Assembly (NCBI GenBank): GCA_047602405.1
Contig: JASGHJ010000001.1
Coordinates: 1,728,001 to 1,792,000 of the forward strand
Direction of reading: 5' to 3'
Source: Anaeromyxobacteraceae bacterium
Lineage (GTDB): Bacteria > Myxococcota > Myxococcia > Myxococcales > Anaeromyxobacteraceae
Length of the DNA stretch: 64,000 bases
This document shows, piece after piece, positions 18,409-28,886 of the stretch. The notes beneath the pieces are model-generated. The model was not told the DNA's origin, searched no databases, and was given only the letters and a program-made list of their open reading frames with translations. The first letter of the stretch is position 1. Each line of letters opens with the position of its first letter. Position numbers and translations under genes: made by a program.

Positions 18409-19689
18409 ATGGTCTTCCGCTCCGCTCAAGCCTGGCTCCTCACCGCCTCCGCGCTGCTCCTCGCGGGGGTGGGCACCGCACGCTCCGCGCCTCCGGCGGC
18501 CTCGGTCGAGCTCGAGACCGCCGCGGCCGCGGCCGCGACCACGGCCACCGCGCCCGCGCGGTCGCTCGTGCCCGACCCCAACCCGCCCGAGCCCCTCGAG
18601 CTCGGCCGCCCGCACCTCGACCTGGCGCTCGGCCGCTGGGTCGCCCCGGTCCTGCGCGACGGCGCCGCCGAGGGCGAGGCGATCCTCACGATCGACCCGA
18701 ACCTCCAGGCGAAGCTCGAGCGGGCCCTCGAGAACTGGACGGTGCCGTGGGGCGCGATCGTGATGCTCGATCCGCGCGACGGCCGCGTGCTCGCGCTCGC
18801 GGAGCACTCGCACGCGCAGCCCGCGCGGCACGACCTCGCGCTCTCCGCGCTCTCGCCCGCCGCGTCGATCTTCAAGCTCGTCACCGCGACCGCGCTGCTC
18901 GAGGCCGGGGTCGAGCCCGACCAGACCGTCTGCTACCACGGCGGCAAGCGCCGCCTGCAGCCGAAGCTCCTCACCGACGACGCGCGCCGCGACCGCCGCT
19001 GCACCACGCTCGTCTCGGCGTTCGGCCACTCGACCAACACGGTCTTCGCGAAGCTCGCCGGCCGTGGCCTCGACGGCCCCGCCCTGCGCGCGACCGCCGC
19101 CCGCTTCCTCTTCAACGGCGCGATCCCGTTCGCGCGGCCGGTCGAGACCTCCACGGTCGAGGTCGGCGACGAGCCCTTCGAGGTCGCGAACACCGCCGCC
19201 GGCTTCGGCAAGGTCCGGCTCTCGCCGCTGCACGGCGCGCTGCTCGCCGAGATCGTCGCGAACCGCGGCGTGCTCGTGCCGCCGCGGCTCGTCGCCGAGC
19301 TCCGCGGCGCCGTGATGCCGCCCGAGCCCGAGCCTCGCCGCGTCGTCTCCCCCGAGGTCGCCGGCCGGCTCGCCGAGATGATGCGCGCCACCGTCACCGA
19401 GGGCACCGCCCGCCGCGCGTTCCGCCGGGTCGCCCCCGCGCTGCGCGGCGTGCAGGTCGCCGGCAAGACCGGCTCGCTCTTCGAGCGTGCGCCGTTCCGG
19501 GACCACACGCTCTTCGTCGGCTACGCCCCCGCCGACCGCCCCGAGGTCGCGATCGCGGTGGTGGTGGTGAACGAGCAGACGTGGCGCGTGCGCGCCCCGA
19601 CGCTCGCGCGCGAGGCGCTCGAGATCTACTTCGGCACCCGCGTCGCGGACGCCGGCCCGGCCGCGCTGGACCGGACCGCGGCGCGGTAG
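18409..19689 (+). CDS. Penicillin-binding protein, transpeptidase domain only
   Basis: SIFK (SxxK), STN (SxN) and KTG motifs; signal peptide. Confidence 0.88.
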   Translation: MVFRSAQAWLLTASALLLAGVGTARSAPPAASVELETAAAAAATTATAPARSLVPDPNPPEPLELGRPHLDLALGRWVAPVLRDGAAEGEAILTIDPNLQAKLERALENWTVPWGAIVMLDPRDGRVLALAEHSHAQPARHDLALSALSPAASIFKLVTATALLEAGVEPDQTVCYHGGKRRLQPKLLTDDARRDRRCTTLVSAFGHSTNTVFAKLAGRGLDGPALRATAARFLFNGAIPFARPVETSTVEVGDEPFEVANTAAGFGKVRLSPLHGALLAEIVANRGVLVPPRLVAELRGAVMPPEPEPRRVVSPEVAGRLAEMMRATVTEGTARRAFRRVAPALRGVQVAGKTGSLFERAPFRDHTLFVGYAPADRPEVAIAVVVVNEQTWRVRAPTLAREALEIYFGTRVADAGPAALDRTAAR

Positions 19690-19737
19690 CCGGGGAGCCC
19701 CCCTTCACGCGCCGTGAGCCGTGCGGCGCGGTGATCC

Positions 19738-21267
19738 TCAGGGCAGCGTCCGCACCTCGACCGCCCCCTGCCCGAGCTTCTCGAGCGCGGCGCGGTGGTC
19801 GCCCATCGCCCCGACCACCACGATCGGCCAGCGCTCGGGGTGCATCCAGCGCCGCACGACCTCCGCGGTCTCCTCGCGCGTCAGGGCCGCCGCGCGCGCG
19901 GGCGCCGAGCGGTAGTAGTCGAGCGGCATGCCGAGCACGGCGAGCCTGGCGATGGACGAGGAGACCGCGTCCACCGTCTCGAGCAGCGCGGGGAGGCCGC
20001 GCACGAACATGTCGCGCGAGCGCTCGAACTCCGCCTCGGTCAGGTCGCCCGTGGCGAAGCGGGTGAGCTCCTTCTCGTACTCCGCGACGGCGGGTGGGGT
20101 GCTCGCCGCCACCACGCCGCCCGCCGCCTGGAAGCTGCCGGCGGTGCGCCCGAGGCGCAGCGCGGAGAAGACGCCGTAGCTGTACCCGTGCTGCTCCCGG
20201 AGGTTGAGGTTGAGCCGGCTCGAGAAGACGCCGCCGAGCGCGAAGTTGGCGATCCGGAGCGCCAGCGCGTCGGGGCCGCTCGCGGGGAAGAGGGGGCCGA
20301 CCACCCAGACCTGCGACTGGGTGGCGCCGGGCCGGTCGAGCCAGGCGATGCTGCGGGTCTGCGGCGGGACGATGGCCGGCAGCACGGGCTTCGTCGCGGG
20401 CCTTCCCTTCCAGCCGGCGAAGGCCGCGTCGAGCCGGCGCACCGCCTCGTCCGGCTCGACGTCGCCGGCGACCGCGATCACGAGGTCGGCCGGCGTCCAG
20501 AAGGCCCTGTGCCAGGCGGCGAGGTCCTTCCGCGTGATGGCCCGCAGCGACTCCGGCGTGCCGCCCTCGGGCTGGCCCCACGGGTGGTCGGGGCCGTAGA
20601 GGATCCGGTTGGCCTCGTCGCGGGCGAGGAGCGCGATGCTCGCCCTCTTCTGGTCGAGCTGCGCGAGGCGCAGCGTCCGCACCCGCTCGACGTCCTCGTC
20701 GCGGAAGGCCGGCTCCCGCAGCACCTCGGCGACCAGCGCGAGCGCCTGCGGCAGCGTCTCCGTGAGGCAGTTGAGGTGGGCGCCCGACGACTCCTGGTCG
20801 GCGTCGGTGGTGAGCTCCGCCGCGAGGTCCTCGATCGCCCGCGTGAGCGCCTGGGCGGTCCGCCGCCGCGTCCCCTCGAGCGCCGCAGCGGCGGCGAAGC
20901 CGGAGAGGCCGGGCTTCCCCCTCGGGTCGGCGTCGGCGCCGTGGAGGAAGCGGAGCTCCACGGCGACGAGCGGGGTGGCGTGGTTCGTCACCACGAGGAG
21001 CCGTGCGCCGCTCTTCAGCCGGCGCTCGACCGGCACGGGCGCGTTGAACGGGGCCGCCTCGGGGAGCGGCGCGGGGCGGCCGACGCGGAACGGCTCCTCG
21101 GCCATCAGCGAGGGCTTCGCCGGGCGCGCCGGAGCGACCTGCGCCTCGGTCGGCGGCATCGCCGCGGGCGCGGGCGCGGCGGCCCGGGGCGGGGGGGCGG
21201 GCTCGGCGTGGGCGCAGGCGAGGAGCGGGGCGGCGAGGGCCGCCGCGAGACGCGCGAGGCGGGTCAT
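19738..21267 (-). CDS. M16 peptidase-like lipoprotein, non-catalytic subunit
   Basis: LLAC lipobox; SRLNLNLREQHGYSYG motif; no HxxEH. Confidence 0.85.
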   Translation of the reverse strand: MTRLARLAAALAAPLLACAHAEPAPPPRAAAPAPAAMPPTEAQVAPARPAKPSLMAEEPFRVGRPAPLPEAAPFNAPVPVERRLKSGARLLVVTNHATPLVAVELRFLHGADADPRGKPGLSGFAAAAALEGTRRRTAQALTRAIEDLAAELTTDADQESSGAHLNCLTETLPQALALVAEVLREPAFRDEDVERVRTLRLAQLDQKRASIALLARDEANRILYGPDHPWGQPEGGTPESLRAITRKDLAAWHRAFWTPADLVIAVAGDVEPDEAVRRLDAAFAGWKGRPATKPVLPAIVPPQTRSIAWLDRPGATQSQVWVVGPLFPASGPDALALRIANFALGGVFSSRLNLNLREQHGYSYGVFSALRLGRTAGSFQAAGGVVAASTPPAVAEYEKELTRFATGDLTEAEFERSRDMFVRGLPALLETVDAVSSSIARLAVLGMPLDYYRSAPARAAALTREETAEVVRRWMHPERWPIVVVGAMGDHRAALEKLGQGAVEVRTLP

Positions 21268-22619
21268 CGCGCACCTCCGACCGGCTCGACGTCGAGCTCG
21301 ACCCGCCGGTCGTCCGGCAGGTACCGCACGGCGAACGCCTTCATGTCCGCCGCCTTCACCGCGCGGTAGCGGGCGAGGTGCGCGGGGAGGAAGCCGGGAT
21401 CTCCGAGGTAGGTCTGGTAGGCGGCGAGCACGTCCGCCTTCCCGCCGAACCCGCCGATCCGCTCGAGGGCGCGCAGCCGGGCGGCGAGGGCGAGCCGCAC
21501 CGCCCGCCGCACCTCGGCGTCGGAGACCCCGTTCCGCTTCACCTCGTCGAGCACCGCCTGCACCACGGGCTGCAGCTCGGCGACGCCGTGCCCCCTCGCG
21601 GCGGTGACCTGGATCTGGAAGACGCCGGCCTGGGCCGCGGTCTCGTCGATGGCGGTCACCTCGCTCGCGAGCCGCTTCTCCACCACGAGGGCCTGGTAGA
21701 GCCGCGAGGACTTGCCGCCGCCGAGGATCTGCGCGAGCACGTCGCCGGCCGGCTCCTCGAGCGAGTAGAGCTTCACCCCGGGCCACGCGAGCATGAGCCG
21801 GGGCAGCTCCGCCAGCTTGTCGTCGAAGCGCTCGCGCACGACCCGCGCGAGCCGCGGAGCCGGGATCTGCGGCGTCACCACCGGTGGACCGCGCGGGATC
21901 GACGCGAAGTACCGCTCCACGAGCTGCTTCGCCACCGCGGGCTCGAAGTCGCCGACGATCGCGAGCGTGGCGTTGTTCGGGCCGTAGTACGTGCGCAGGA
22001 ACGTGCGCACCTCCTCGAGCGAGGCGGCCTGGATCTCGGCGATGTCCCCGATCACCGCGCCGAAGTACGGGTGGGGCTTCGGGAAGACGAGCTCGTACAC
22101 GCGCTCCTCCGCGAGGCCGTAGGGCCGGTTCTCGGTGGTCTGCCGCTTCTCGTTGGAGACCACGTCGCGCTGGATGCGCAGCTTCTCCTCGTCGAGCTCG
22201 TCGAGGAGGTAGCCCATGCGATCCGCCTCCACCCAGAGCGCCGTGGGCAGCTCGCGCGACGGCAGCACCTCGAAGAAGTTGGTGCGGTCGAAGTCGGTGG
22301 TGCCGTTCACCGCGGCGCCCGCCCTGCCGCCCACGTCCTCGAAGACCTTCCACGAGGTCGGCTGGACGTGGCGCGAGCCGGAGAAGCCCATGTGCTCGAA
22401 CAGGTGGGCGAAGCCGCTGCGGCCGGGCGGCTCGTTGGCGGCGCCCGTGTGGTACCAGATGTCGACCGCCACCTGCGGCAGCCGGTGGTCCTCGCTGAGG
22501 ATCACGGTCAGGCCGTTGCCGAGCACGTACTTCTCGAAGGGGAGCCGGGGATCGGCGGCGCGGGCCGCCGGGGCGCCCAGCGCGAGGGCCAGACAGGAGA
22601 CGAGGGAGGCGAGCTTCAT
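21264..22619 (-). CDS. M16 zinc peptidase, catalytic subunit
   Basis: GFAHLFEHM, NGTTDFDRTN and YYGPNNA motifs; signal peptide. Confidence 0.9.
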   Translation of the reverse strand: MKLASLVSCLALALGAPAARAADPRLPFEKYVLGNGLTVILSEDHRLPQVAVDIWYHTGAANEPPGRSGFAHLFEHMGFSGSRHVQPTSWKVFEDVGGRAGAAVNGTTDFDRTNFFEVLPSRELPTALWVEADRMGYLLDELDEEKLRIQRDVVSNEKRQTTENRPYGLAEERVYELVFPKPHPYFGAVIGDIAEIQAASLEEVRTFLRTYYGPNNATLAIVGDFEPAVAKQLVERYFASIPRGPPVVTPQIPAPRLARVVRERFDDKLAELPRLMLAWPGVKLYSLEEPAGDVLAQILGGGKSSRLYQALVVEKRLASEVTAIDETAAQAGVFQIQVTAARGHGVAELQPVVQAVLDEVKRNGVSDAEVRRAVRLALAARLRALERIGGFGGKADVLAAYQTYLGDPGFLPAHLARYRAVKAADMKAFAVRYLPDDRRVELDVEPVGGAR

Positions 22620-22798
22620 GCGGTTCCTCGCGGGGCTGCGGGGGCGGCGCCGACTCTCTTGGTCAGGAGCCATCGTCGCACGACCCGTGACGTCCCGGCG
22701 GGGGCAGGGGACCCCCTCGTGCCACCGCTGAGTTCCGCGCCGGCCCGGGGTCCTATCCTGCGAAGCCGGACCCATGCTTCCGGAGAGAGGACCGCCCC

Positions 22799-23284
22799 AT
22801 GAACAAGAACACGATCTGCCTCTGGTTCGACAAGGACGCCGAGGCCGCAGCCCGCTTCTACGCGCAGACGTTCCCGGACACGAAGGTCGGCAAGGTGCAC
22901 CGCGCGCCCTCCGACTTCCCGGGCGGCAAGCAGGGCGACGTCCTGACGGTCGAGTTCACGGTCTGCGGCATCCCGTGCTTCGGGTTGAACGGCGGGCCGG
23001 TGTTCAAGCCGACGGAGGCCTTCTCGTTCCAGATCGCCACCGAGGACCAGGCCGAGACCGACCGCTACTGGGACGCCATCGTGAAGAACGGCGGCCAGGA
23101 GAGTGCGTGCGGCTGGTGCAAGGATCGCTGGGGGCTCTCCTGGCAGATCACCCCGCGGGTGCTGTCCGACGCGATGTCGAAGGGCGGCGAGGTCGCGAAG
23201 CGCGCCTTCGACGCGATGATGGACATGCAGAAGATCGACGTCGCGAAGATCGAGGCGGCGGTGAAGGGGAAGGGCGGGCGGTAG
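22799..23284 (+). CDS. VOC/PhnB-family protein
   Basis: CLWFD...AEAAARFY, LNGGP and CGWCKDRWGLSWQI motifs. Confidence 0.9.
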   Translation: MNKNTICLWFDKDAEAAARFYAQTFPDTKVGKVHRAPSDFPGGKQGDVLTVEFTVCGIPCFGLNGGPVFKPTEAFSFQIATEDQAETDRYWDAIVKNGGQESACGWCKDRWGLSWQITPRVLSDAMSKGGEVAKRAFDAMMDMQKIDVAKIEAAVKGKGGR

Positions 23285-23371
23285 CCTCCGCCGGGCCGCG
23301 TCGGCCCGGTCCGATTCACCCCGGGTGCGGTCGCCTTGCGGCGCCAGGGCCCGTGCCGGTACCGTGGGTGC

Positions 23372-25057
23372 TTGGCCTCCCTCGGCGACCTCGTCGCGGA
23401 CCTCCGGCGCCGCAAGGTGTTCCGGGCCCTCGCGGCCTGGGGCGTGATCGCGTTCGCGCTCCTGCAGGTGTTCGAGCCCATCCAGCACGGGCTGCACCTG
23501 CCCGACTGGACGCTGACGCTCGTCGTCGTGCTCGTCGCGGCCGGGTTCCCGGTCACGGTCGCGCTCGCCTGGGTGTTCGACCTCGGGCCGGGCGGCGTGG
23601 TCCGGACCGCGCCCGGGCCCGTCGACGCGAGCGCGGCGCCCGCGGGCCCTGGCGGCCTCCGCGGCTGGCGGCTCGGCGGCGTGCTCGGCGTGCTCGGGCT
23701 CCTCGCGGCGGCGCCGGGTCTCGCCTGGTACTTCGGGTGGCGCCTCCCCGCCCGCGGCGGCGGCCGCGCGGAGGCGGGCGGCGCGCCCACGCTCGCGGTC
23801 CTCCCGCTCGCGAACCTCTCGGGCGACGCCTCGCAGGCCTACTTCAGCGACGGCATGACCGAGGAGATCACCACGAAGCTCTCGCAGCTGCGCGGCCTGG
23901 CGGTCACCGCCGCCTCGAGCGTGGCGCGGTACCGCGACGCGCCGGCCGACCCGCGGCGGATCGGCGAGGAGCTCGGCGTGGCGTTCGTGCTCGAGGGCAG
24001 CGTGCGCCGCGCCGGCGACCGGGTGCGCGTGTCCGCCCGGCTCGTGAAGACCGCCGACGGCTTCAGGGTCTGGTCCGACGACATCGACTCGAGTTTCGAC
24101 GACATCTTCGCCGTGCAGGAGCGGGTCGCCACCCGGATCGTCGAGGCGCTCGGCGTCCACCTCGAGCCGGGCGAGTCGCGCCGGCTCACCGACTGGGGCA
24201 CCCGCAACGCCGCCGCCTACGACGCCTACCTGCGCGGCACGGCGCTCGCCGTGCACTTCGACGATCTCGCGCGGCTCGAGGCCGGCCGCAGGCAGTTCGA
24301 GGCCGCGCTCGCGCTCGACCCCGACTTCGCGCCCGCGCTCGCCGGGATCGCGAACGTGGAGCTGCAGACCTTCCGCAACTTCGAGACCGAGCCGGGCCAC
24401 CTCACGAGGGCGGAGGAGGCCCTGCGGCGGGCGCTCGCGCTCGACCCGCGCCTGACCTACGCGCGGATCTTCCAGGGCGGGCTGCAGGCGAACCGCTTCG
24501 AGTACGAGGCCGCGGCCCGGACCCTGCGGCCCGTGACGGCGGACGAGCCCCGAAACCACGTCGCCTGGGATCAGCTCTGCTGGGTGCTCACGTACCAGGA
24601 GCCGCCCGAGGCCGAGGAGGCGGAGCGCGCCTGCCGCCGGGCCCTCGCGCTCGACCCGGGCTACGTCGAGGCGAACTACCACCTCGCGCGGGCGCTCGTC
24701 TTCCAGCGCAGGTTCGACGAGGCCGAGCAGGCGATCCGCCGCGTGGAGGAGGGGGGGAGCGAGCGCCTGGGGCAGCTGGGGCGCTTCTGGCTCGCCCTCG
24801 TGAGCGGGCACCCGCGGGAGGCCCTCGACCACGCGCGGGAGAGGATGGTCAGCCGCCGCACCTCGCTCGCGCCCGCCTGGGAGGCCATGGCCCACGCCCA
24901 GCTCGGCGAGAAGGACCCCGCCTTCACCGCGCTCGACGAGGCGCTCCGGCGCGGGTACCGCGACGTCCCGAGCCTCCGGCGCTCGCCCTGGCTCGCGCCG
25001 CTCCGCGACGACCCCCGCTTCGAGCCGCTGCTCGCGCGGCACGGCATCGGGCGCTAG
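23372..25057 (+). CDS. Membrane protein with TolB-N-like and TPR domains
   Basis: LRRRKVFR followed by TMs; LAVLPLANLS...YFSDGMTEE and VLEGSVRRAG motifs; TPR repeats; start uncertain. Confidence 0.75.
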   Translation: MASLGDLVADLRRRKVFRALAAWGVIAFALLQVFEPIQHGLHLPDWTLTLVVVLVAAGFPVTVALAWVFDLGPGGVVRTAPGPVDASAAPAGPGGLRGWRLGGVLGVLGLLAAAPGLAWYFGWRLPARGGGRAEAGGAPTLAVLPLANLSGDASQAYFSDGMTEEITTKLSQLRGLAVTAASSVARYRDAPADPRRIGEELGVAFVLEGSVRRAGDRVRVSARLVKTADGFRVWSDDIDSSFDDIFAVQERVATRIVEALGVHLEPGESRRLTDWGTRNAAAYDAYLRGTALAVHFDDLARLEAGRRQFEAALALDPDFAPALAGIANVELQTFRNFETEPGHLTRAEEALRRALALDPRLTYARIFQGGLQANRFEYEAAARTLRPVTADEPRNHVAWDQLCWVLTYQEPPEAEEAERACRRALALDPGYVEANYHLARALVFQRRFDEAEQAIRRVEEGGSERLGQLGRFWLALVSGHPREALDHARERMVSRRTSLAPAWEAMAHAQLGEKDPAFTALDEALRRGYRDVPSLRRSPWLAPLRDDPRFEPLLARHGIGR

Positions 25058-25441
25058 ATGGAGCCCATGGACGACCGGCAAGGCGGCCTCGCGGCCTGGC
25101 AGTGGCGGCTCTACCCGGACGGTCACCGGGACCGTCGGAACCTCGCCGTGCACGTCGCGACGGTGCCGATCTTCCAGGCGGGCACCTTGGCGCTCGTCCT
25201 CGCGCCGCTGTGGTCCCTCTGGCTCGCCCCCGTGGGGCTCGCCGCGATGGCGGGCGCGATGGCGGCGCAGGGGCGGGGCCACCGGCTCGAGGCGACCCCG
25301 CCCGTACCGTTCCGCGGCGCCGGCGACGTCCTCGCGCGGATCCTCACCGAGCAGTGGTTCACGTTCCCGCGTTACGTCTTCTCGGGCGGGCTCGGGCGCG
25401 CGTGGCGGGCGACGGGCGTGGGGGACGGGCGACGGGCGTGA
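25058..25441 (+). CDS. DUF962/Mpo1-like membrane protein
   Basis: Y...H....NL..H...VP and QGRGHRLE motifs. Confidence 0.6.
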   Translation: MEPMDDRQGGLAAWQWRLYPDGHRDRRNLAVHVATVPIFQAGTLALVLAPLWSLWLAPVGLAAMAGAMAAQGRGHRLEATPPVPFRGAGDVLARILTEQWFTFPRYVFSGGLGRAWRATGVGDGRRA

Positions 25442-25475
25442 GGGACGGGACGCGCGCGGCGGGTGTGCGGTGGCG

Positions 25476-26588
25476 TCACCGCAGCTCCACCACGTGCTGC
25501 TCGGCGAGCCGCTTCATGGCCTTCAGCACGTCGAGCTCCCGCATCGGCGCGAGCCGCGCGAGGTCGAGGAGGTCCCGCTTCCCGTCGCAGCGCGAGAGCA
25601 GGTACTTCTCCGCCGCGCTCACGCGCAGCTTCGCGATGCCGCCGGCGGGTACGGAGACCCAGGGCACGCGCGGCGGCACGCAGAGCTCGTCGCGCAGCCG
25701 CTCCACGAGCGCGCGCTCCACCTCGGCGAGGAGCGCGCGGGCCGGGTCGGAGGCGGGATCGAGCTCCACGGCGCGGGAGGCGAGCACCTCGGCGTCGCTC
25801 GGGCGGCCGGCGGCGAGGTGGCGGCGCGCGCGGTCCATGAGCTCGGAGGTCGCGGACGCGGCGGCGCCCACCGGCGCGGCCGGCGCGAGCGCGGCGCGCA
25901 GGACGCCCTTGCGCGCGAGCGCGTAGAGCCGCTGGTACAGGTGGAAGTCGGTCGCGTGGATCGCGATGCCGATCTCGTCGATGGTCTTCCCCTCACGCGC
26001 GAGCGCGATGACCTTGCCGTCCACGGTCTCGGGGCGGAAGCCGTCGGGGACGTTCGCCTCCTCCACCTCGAGCGCCGCGGCGCCGCTCGGGAACTCGCCG
26101 CGGAAGGCGCTCCAGGCGGTGGCGCGGAACTCGGCCTCGCGGAGGATGTCGCCGAGGGCGATCAGCGCGTCGAGGTCGTCGACCGGCGGCGGCGGCGTGT
26201 CGTCGAAGGAGAACACGCCCGAGTCCCACAGGAAGACGTCGAGCAGGGTCTCGCGGATCTTGATGGCGAGGACGTCCCGGATGATCTCGGGCGTCACCAC
26301 CCCGACCATCGTGAGCACCTTGCCGAGCCGGACCTTCGTCTCCTCCTGCGTCTTGAAGGCCTTCGCGAGCTCGACGTCGTCGATGTGGCCGAAGTTGACG
26401 AGGAGCTGGCCGAGGTACTCGCGCGGATCGTTGGACGCGGCGCCGACGGCCTTGCCGTCGCGCAGGTGGAGCGACTTGCGGACCGTGCCGCGCTCGCAGG
26501 TGAGCACGCCGGTCGAGCCCTTGCGACCGAGGTGCTCGACGAGGTCCGCGAGCGGGAGCACCGAGAAGCTGCCCATGAGGCCGCGCAT
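25476..26588 (-). CDS. DUF4388-domain protein
   Basis: GSFSVLPLADLVEHL...TGVL, LGQLLV/RLGKVL and WDSGVFSF motifs; TPR-like segment. Confidence 0.8.
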   Translation of the reverse strand: MRGLMGSFSVLPLADLVEHLGRKGSTGVLTCERGTVRKSLHLRDGKAVGAASNDPREYLGQLLVNFGHIDDVELAKAFKTQEETKVRLGKVLTMVGVVTPEIIRDVLAIKIRETLLDVFLWDSGVFSFDDTPPPPVDDLDALIALGDILREAEFRATAWSAFRGEFPSGAAALEVEEANVPDGFRPETVDGKVIALAREGKTIDEIGIAIHATDFHLYQRLYALARKGVLRAALAPAAPVGAAASATSELMDRARRHLAAGRPSDAEVLASRAVELDPASDPARALLAEVERALVERLRDELCVPPRVPWVSVPAGGIAKLRVSAAEKYLLSRCDGKRDLLDLARLAPMRELDVLKAMKRLAEQHVVELR

Positions 26589-26655
26589 ACGAGCGACGAG
26601 TGTCGCCCGCCCGCACGCTGGCGGCAAGCGGCCGGGCCGTTGTAGAAGGCGGGCC

Positions 26656-27267
26656 ATGGACAGGAAGACCATCGCGGGCCTCGCCGTCTTCGCGGTCATC
26701 GCCGCCATCATCGCCGAGCGCGCCTGGGTGGCGACCGCCGGCCAGGCCGCCGATCGCGCGCTGGCGCACGAGGCCGCGTTCGCGTGGGACCGCGCGAACG
26801 TCCCAGCGCCCGACTTCTCGCTCACCGGCCTCGACGGCAAGCCCGTGCGCCTCGCCGACCTCAAGGGTCAGGTCGTGTTCGTGAACTTCTGGGCGACCTG
26901 GTGCCCGCCCTGCCGCGACGAGATGCCGGGCATGGTGAAGCTCGGCCAGGCGCTCGCCGCGAAGTACCCGGGCAAGTTCAAGATGGTCGCGCTCTCCGTC
27001 GACGACGGGCCGAACCCGGTCCACGAGTTCTTCGCGGCGCCTCCCTACGGCGGGATCGCCGCGACCGGCCTCACCATCGCGATGGACGCCGACCAGGCCG
27101 TCTCGAAGGCGTACTACTGCAAGGGCCGCGGCGAGTGCCAGGAGCTCAAGTTCCCGGAGACGTACATCGTCGACAAGACCGGGAAGCTCGTCGGCTACAT
27201 GGTCGGGCCCCGGGACTGGTCCAATCCGGCGGCCCGGGAGATCCTCGAGAAGATCATCAATTCGTGA
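26656..27267 (+). CDS. TlpA/ResA-like thiol-disulfide oxidoreductase
   Basis: N-terminal TM; VNFWATWCPPC and FPETYIVD motifs. Confidence 0.9.
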   Translation: MDRKTIAGLAVFAVIAAIIAERAWVATAGQAADRALAHEAAFAWDRANVPAPDFSLTGLDGKPVRLADLKGQVVFVNFWATWCPPCRDEMPGMVKLGQALAAKYPGKFKMVALSVDDGPNPVHEFFAAPPYGGIAATGLTIAMDADQAVSKAYYCKGRGECQELKFPETYIVDKTGKLVGYMVGPRDWSNPAAREILEKIINS

Positions 27268-27346
27268 CGCGGTGCGGCGGGAGCCGGCGTTCCTGCTGAA
27301 AAATCCGTCACTCGGGGGGCGATCCCGGCCGTTTTAAGGGATTTCA

Positions 27347-27376
27347 TTGAAGGCCGCGCGGGGCGCACGCTATAAA
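27347..27376 (+). promoter_or_regulatory. Putative sigma70 promoter
   Basis: TTGAAG-N18-TATAAA in an AT-enriched intergenic gap upstream of the 27444 operon. Confidence 0.55.
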
Positions 27377-27443
27377 GGCCCCGTAATCTTTCCGGAATCC
27401 CGGATTGAGCCCTGCGAGCGCACGGCGTCCGGCCGGAGGTCGA

Positions 27444-28430
27444 TTGGCCTCGAGTGGTCCCACCATCCCGGTCGTCGTCATGGGCCTCGGCCATGTGGGC
27501 CGCGCCGTGGCGCGGGCCGCCGCCGCCCGGGCCGGACTCGACCTCGTCGGCGCGGTCGATCGCGACCCGGCGAAGGCCGGACGGCCACTCCCCGAGGTGC
27601 TCGACGCCCCGGCGCCGGAGGTGAAGGTCGTCGCGGAGCTCGCCCAGGCCCTCGGCCGCCGGAAGGGCGGCGTCGTCCTCCACGCGACCGGCAGCCGGCT
27701 CGAGGACGTCCTCCCGGAGCTCGAGGCGGCGGTGCGCGCCGGGTGGCACGTGGTCTCGACCTGCGAGGAGCTCGCGTTCCCGGAGCTGGACCACGCCGAC
27801 GCGGCGCGCTCGCTCGACCGGCTCTGCGAGCGGCAGGGCGTCGCGGTCGTCGGCACCGGGGTCAACCCCGGCTTCGTGCTCGACCGGCTGCCGGCGCTCC
27901 TCGCCCAGGTCGTCGGCGAGGTCCGCCACGTCCACGCCCGCCGCGTCGTCGACGTCTCGACCCGCCGCGAGGCGCTGCGGAGGAAGGTCGGCGTCGGCCT
28001 CTCGGTGGAGGCGTTCGACGCCGCCGCCGAGGAGGGTGCGCTCGGCCACGTCGGGCTCGCGCAGTCCGCGGCGCTCGTCGCGGAGTCGTGCCTCGGGCTC
28101 ACCGAGTACGAGGTGGACGAGGAGCTCGAGCCGGTCGTCGCGGACGAGGACGCGGCCGGCGTGAAGGACGGGCAGGTCGCCGGGGTCCACCAGACGGCGC
28201 GGGTCTTCGCGGAGGACCGCGAGGTGATCCGGCTCGAGGTGACGCTCGCGGTGGGCGCGGACGATCCGCACGACGAGGTCGTGCTCGACGCCGACCCGCC
28301 GGTCCGGCTGCGCATCGAGGGCGGGCTCCCCGGCGACGCCGCCACCGCCCACGCCGTCGTCAACGCGGTGCCCGCCGTGGTGGAGCGGCAGGGCCTGCTC
28401 ACGGTGCTCGACCTCCCCGCGGGGAGGTGA
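27444..28430 (+). CDS. NAD(P)-dependent amine dehydrogenase / 2,4-diaminopentanoate dehydrogenase-like protein
   Basis: GLGHVG Rossmann motif; STCEEL, GTGVNPGF and GDAATA...VNAVP; GGAGGT before TTG 27444. Confidence 0.75.
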   Translation: MASSGPTIPVVVMGLGHVGRAVARAAAARAGLDLVGAVDRDPAKAGRPLPEVLDAPAPEVKVVAELAQALGRRKGGVVLHATGSRLEDVLPELEAAVRAGWHVVSTCEELAFPELDHADAARSLDRLCERQGVAVVGTGVNPGFVLDRLPALLAQVVGEVRHVHARRVVDVSTRREALRRKVGVGLSVEAFDAAAEEGALGHVGLAQSAALVAESCLGLTEYEVDEELEPVVADEDAAGVKDGQVAGVHQTARVFAEDREVIRLEVTLAVGADDPHDEVVLDADPPVRLRIEGGLPGDAATAHAVVNAVPAVVERQGLLTVLDLPAGR

Positions 28431-28440
28431 ACGGAGAGCC

Positions 28441-28878
28441 ATGCTCGACAAATCCCTCATCGGCCGGGAGAGCGAGCCCGTCGTCCACGAGGTCGAGCGG
28501 AGCGCCATCCGCCGCTTCGTCGAGGCGCTCGGCGACCCGAACCCGATCTACGTCGAGGACGCCGCCGCCCGCTCCGCGGGCCACCCGGGCGTCGTCGCGC
28601 CGCCCACCTTCCCGGTCGTGCTCACCGCGAACGAGAAGTTCCGGCACTCGCTCGACCTCGGGACCCGCTCGGTGCTGCACGGCGAGCAGCAGTTCGAGTA
28701 CCTGCGCCCGCTCGTCGCGGGCGAGCGCATCACGGTCGTCTCGCGGGTCGCGGACGTGCAGGAGCGTCCGGGCGCGAGCGGGCCGATGGACGTCATCGTG
28801 ATCGAGGACGAGGGGAAGGACGACAAGGGCGCGTGGGTGTTCCGCTCGCGCGCGACGTTCATCCTCCGCCGCGCATAG
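28441..28878 (+). CDS. MaoC-family dehydratase, N-terminal-type subunit
   Basis: IRRF..A.GDPNPIY, APPTF and LHGEQQFEY motifs. Confidence 0.85.
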   Translation: MLDKSLIGRESEPVVHEVERSAIRRFVEALGDPNPIYVEDAAARSAGHPGVVAPPTFPVVLTANEKFRHSLDLGTRSVLHGEQQFEYLRPLVAGERITVVSRVADVQERPGASGPMDVIVIEDEGKDDKGAWVFRSRATFILRRA

Positions 28879-28886
28879 GGAGCGCC

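Noticed and set aside
14943..20066. 1707-aa ORF
   Set aside because: Only 16344 to about 17825 is coding (M13 N-terminal part). The rest is off-frame, Arg/Pro-rich readthrough caused by high GC and the frameshift.
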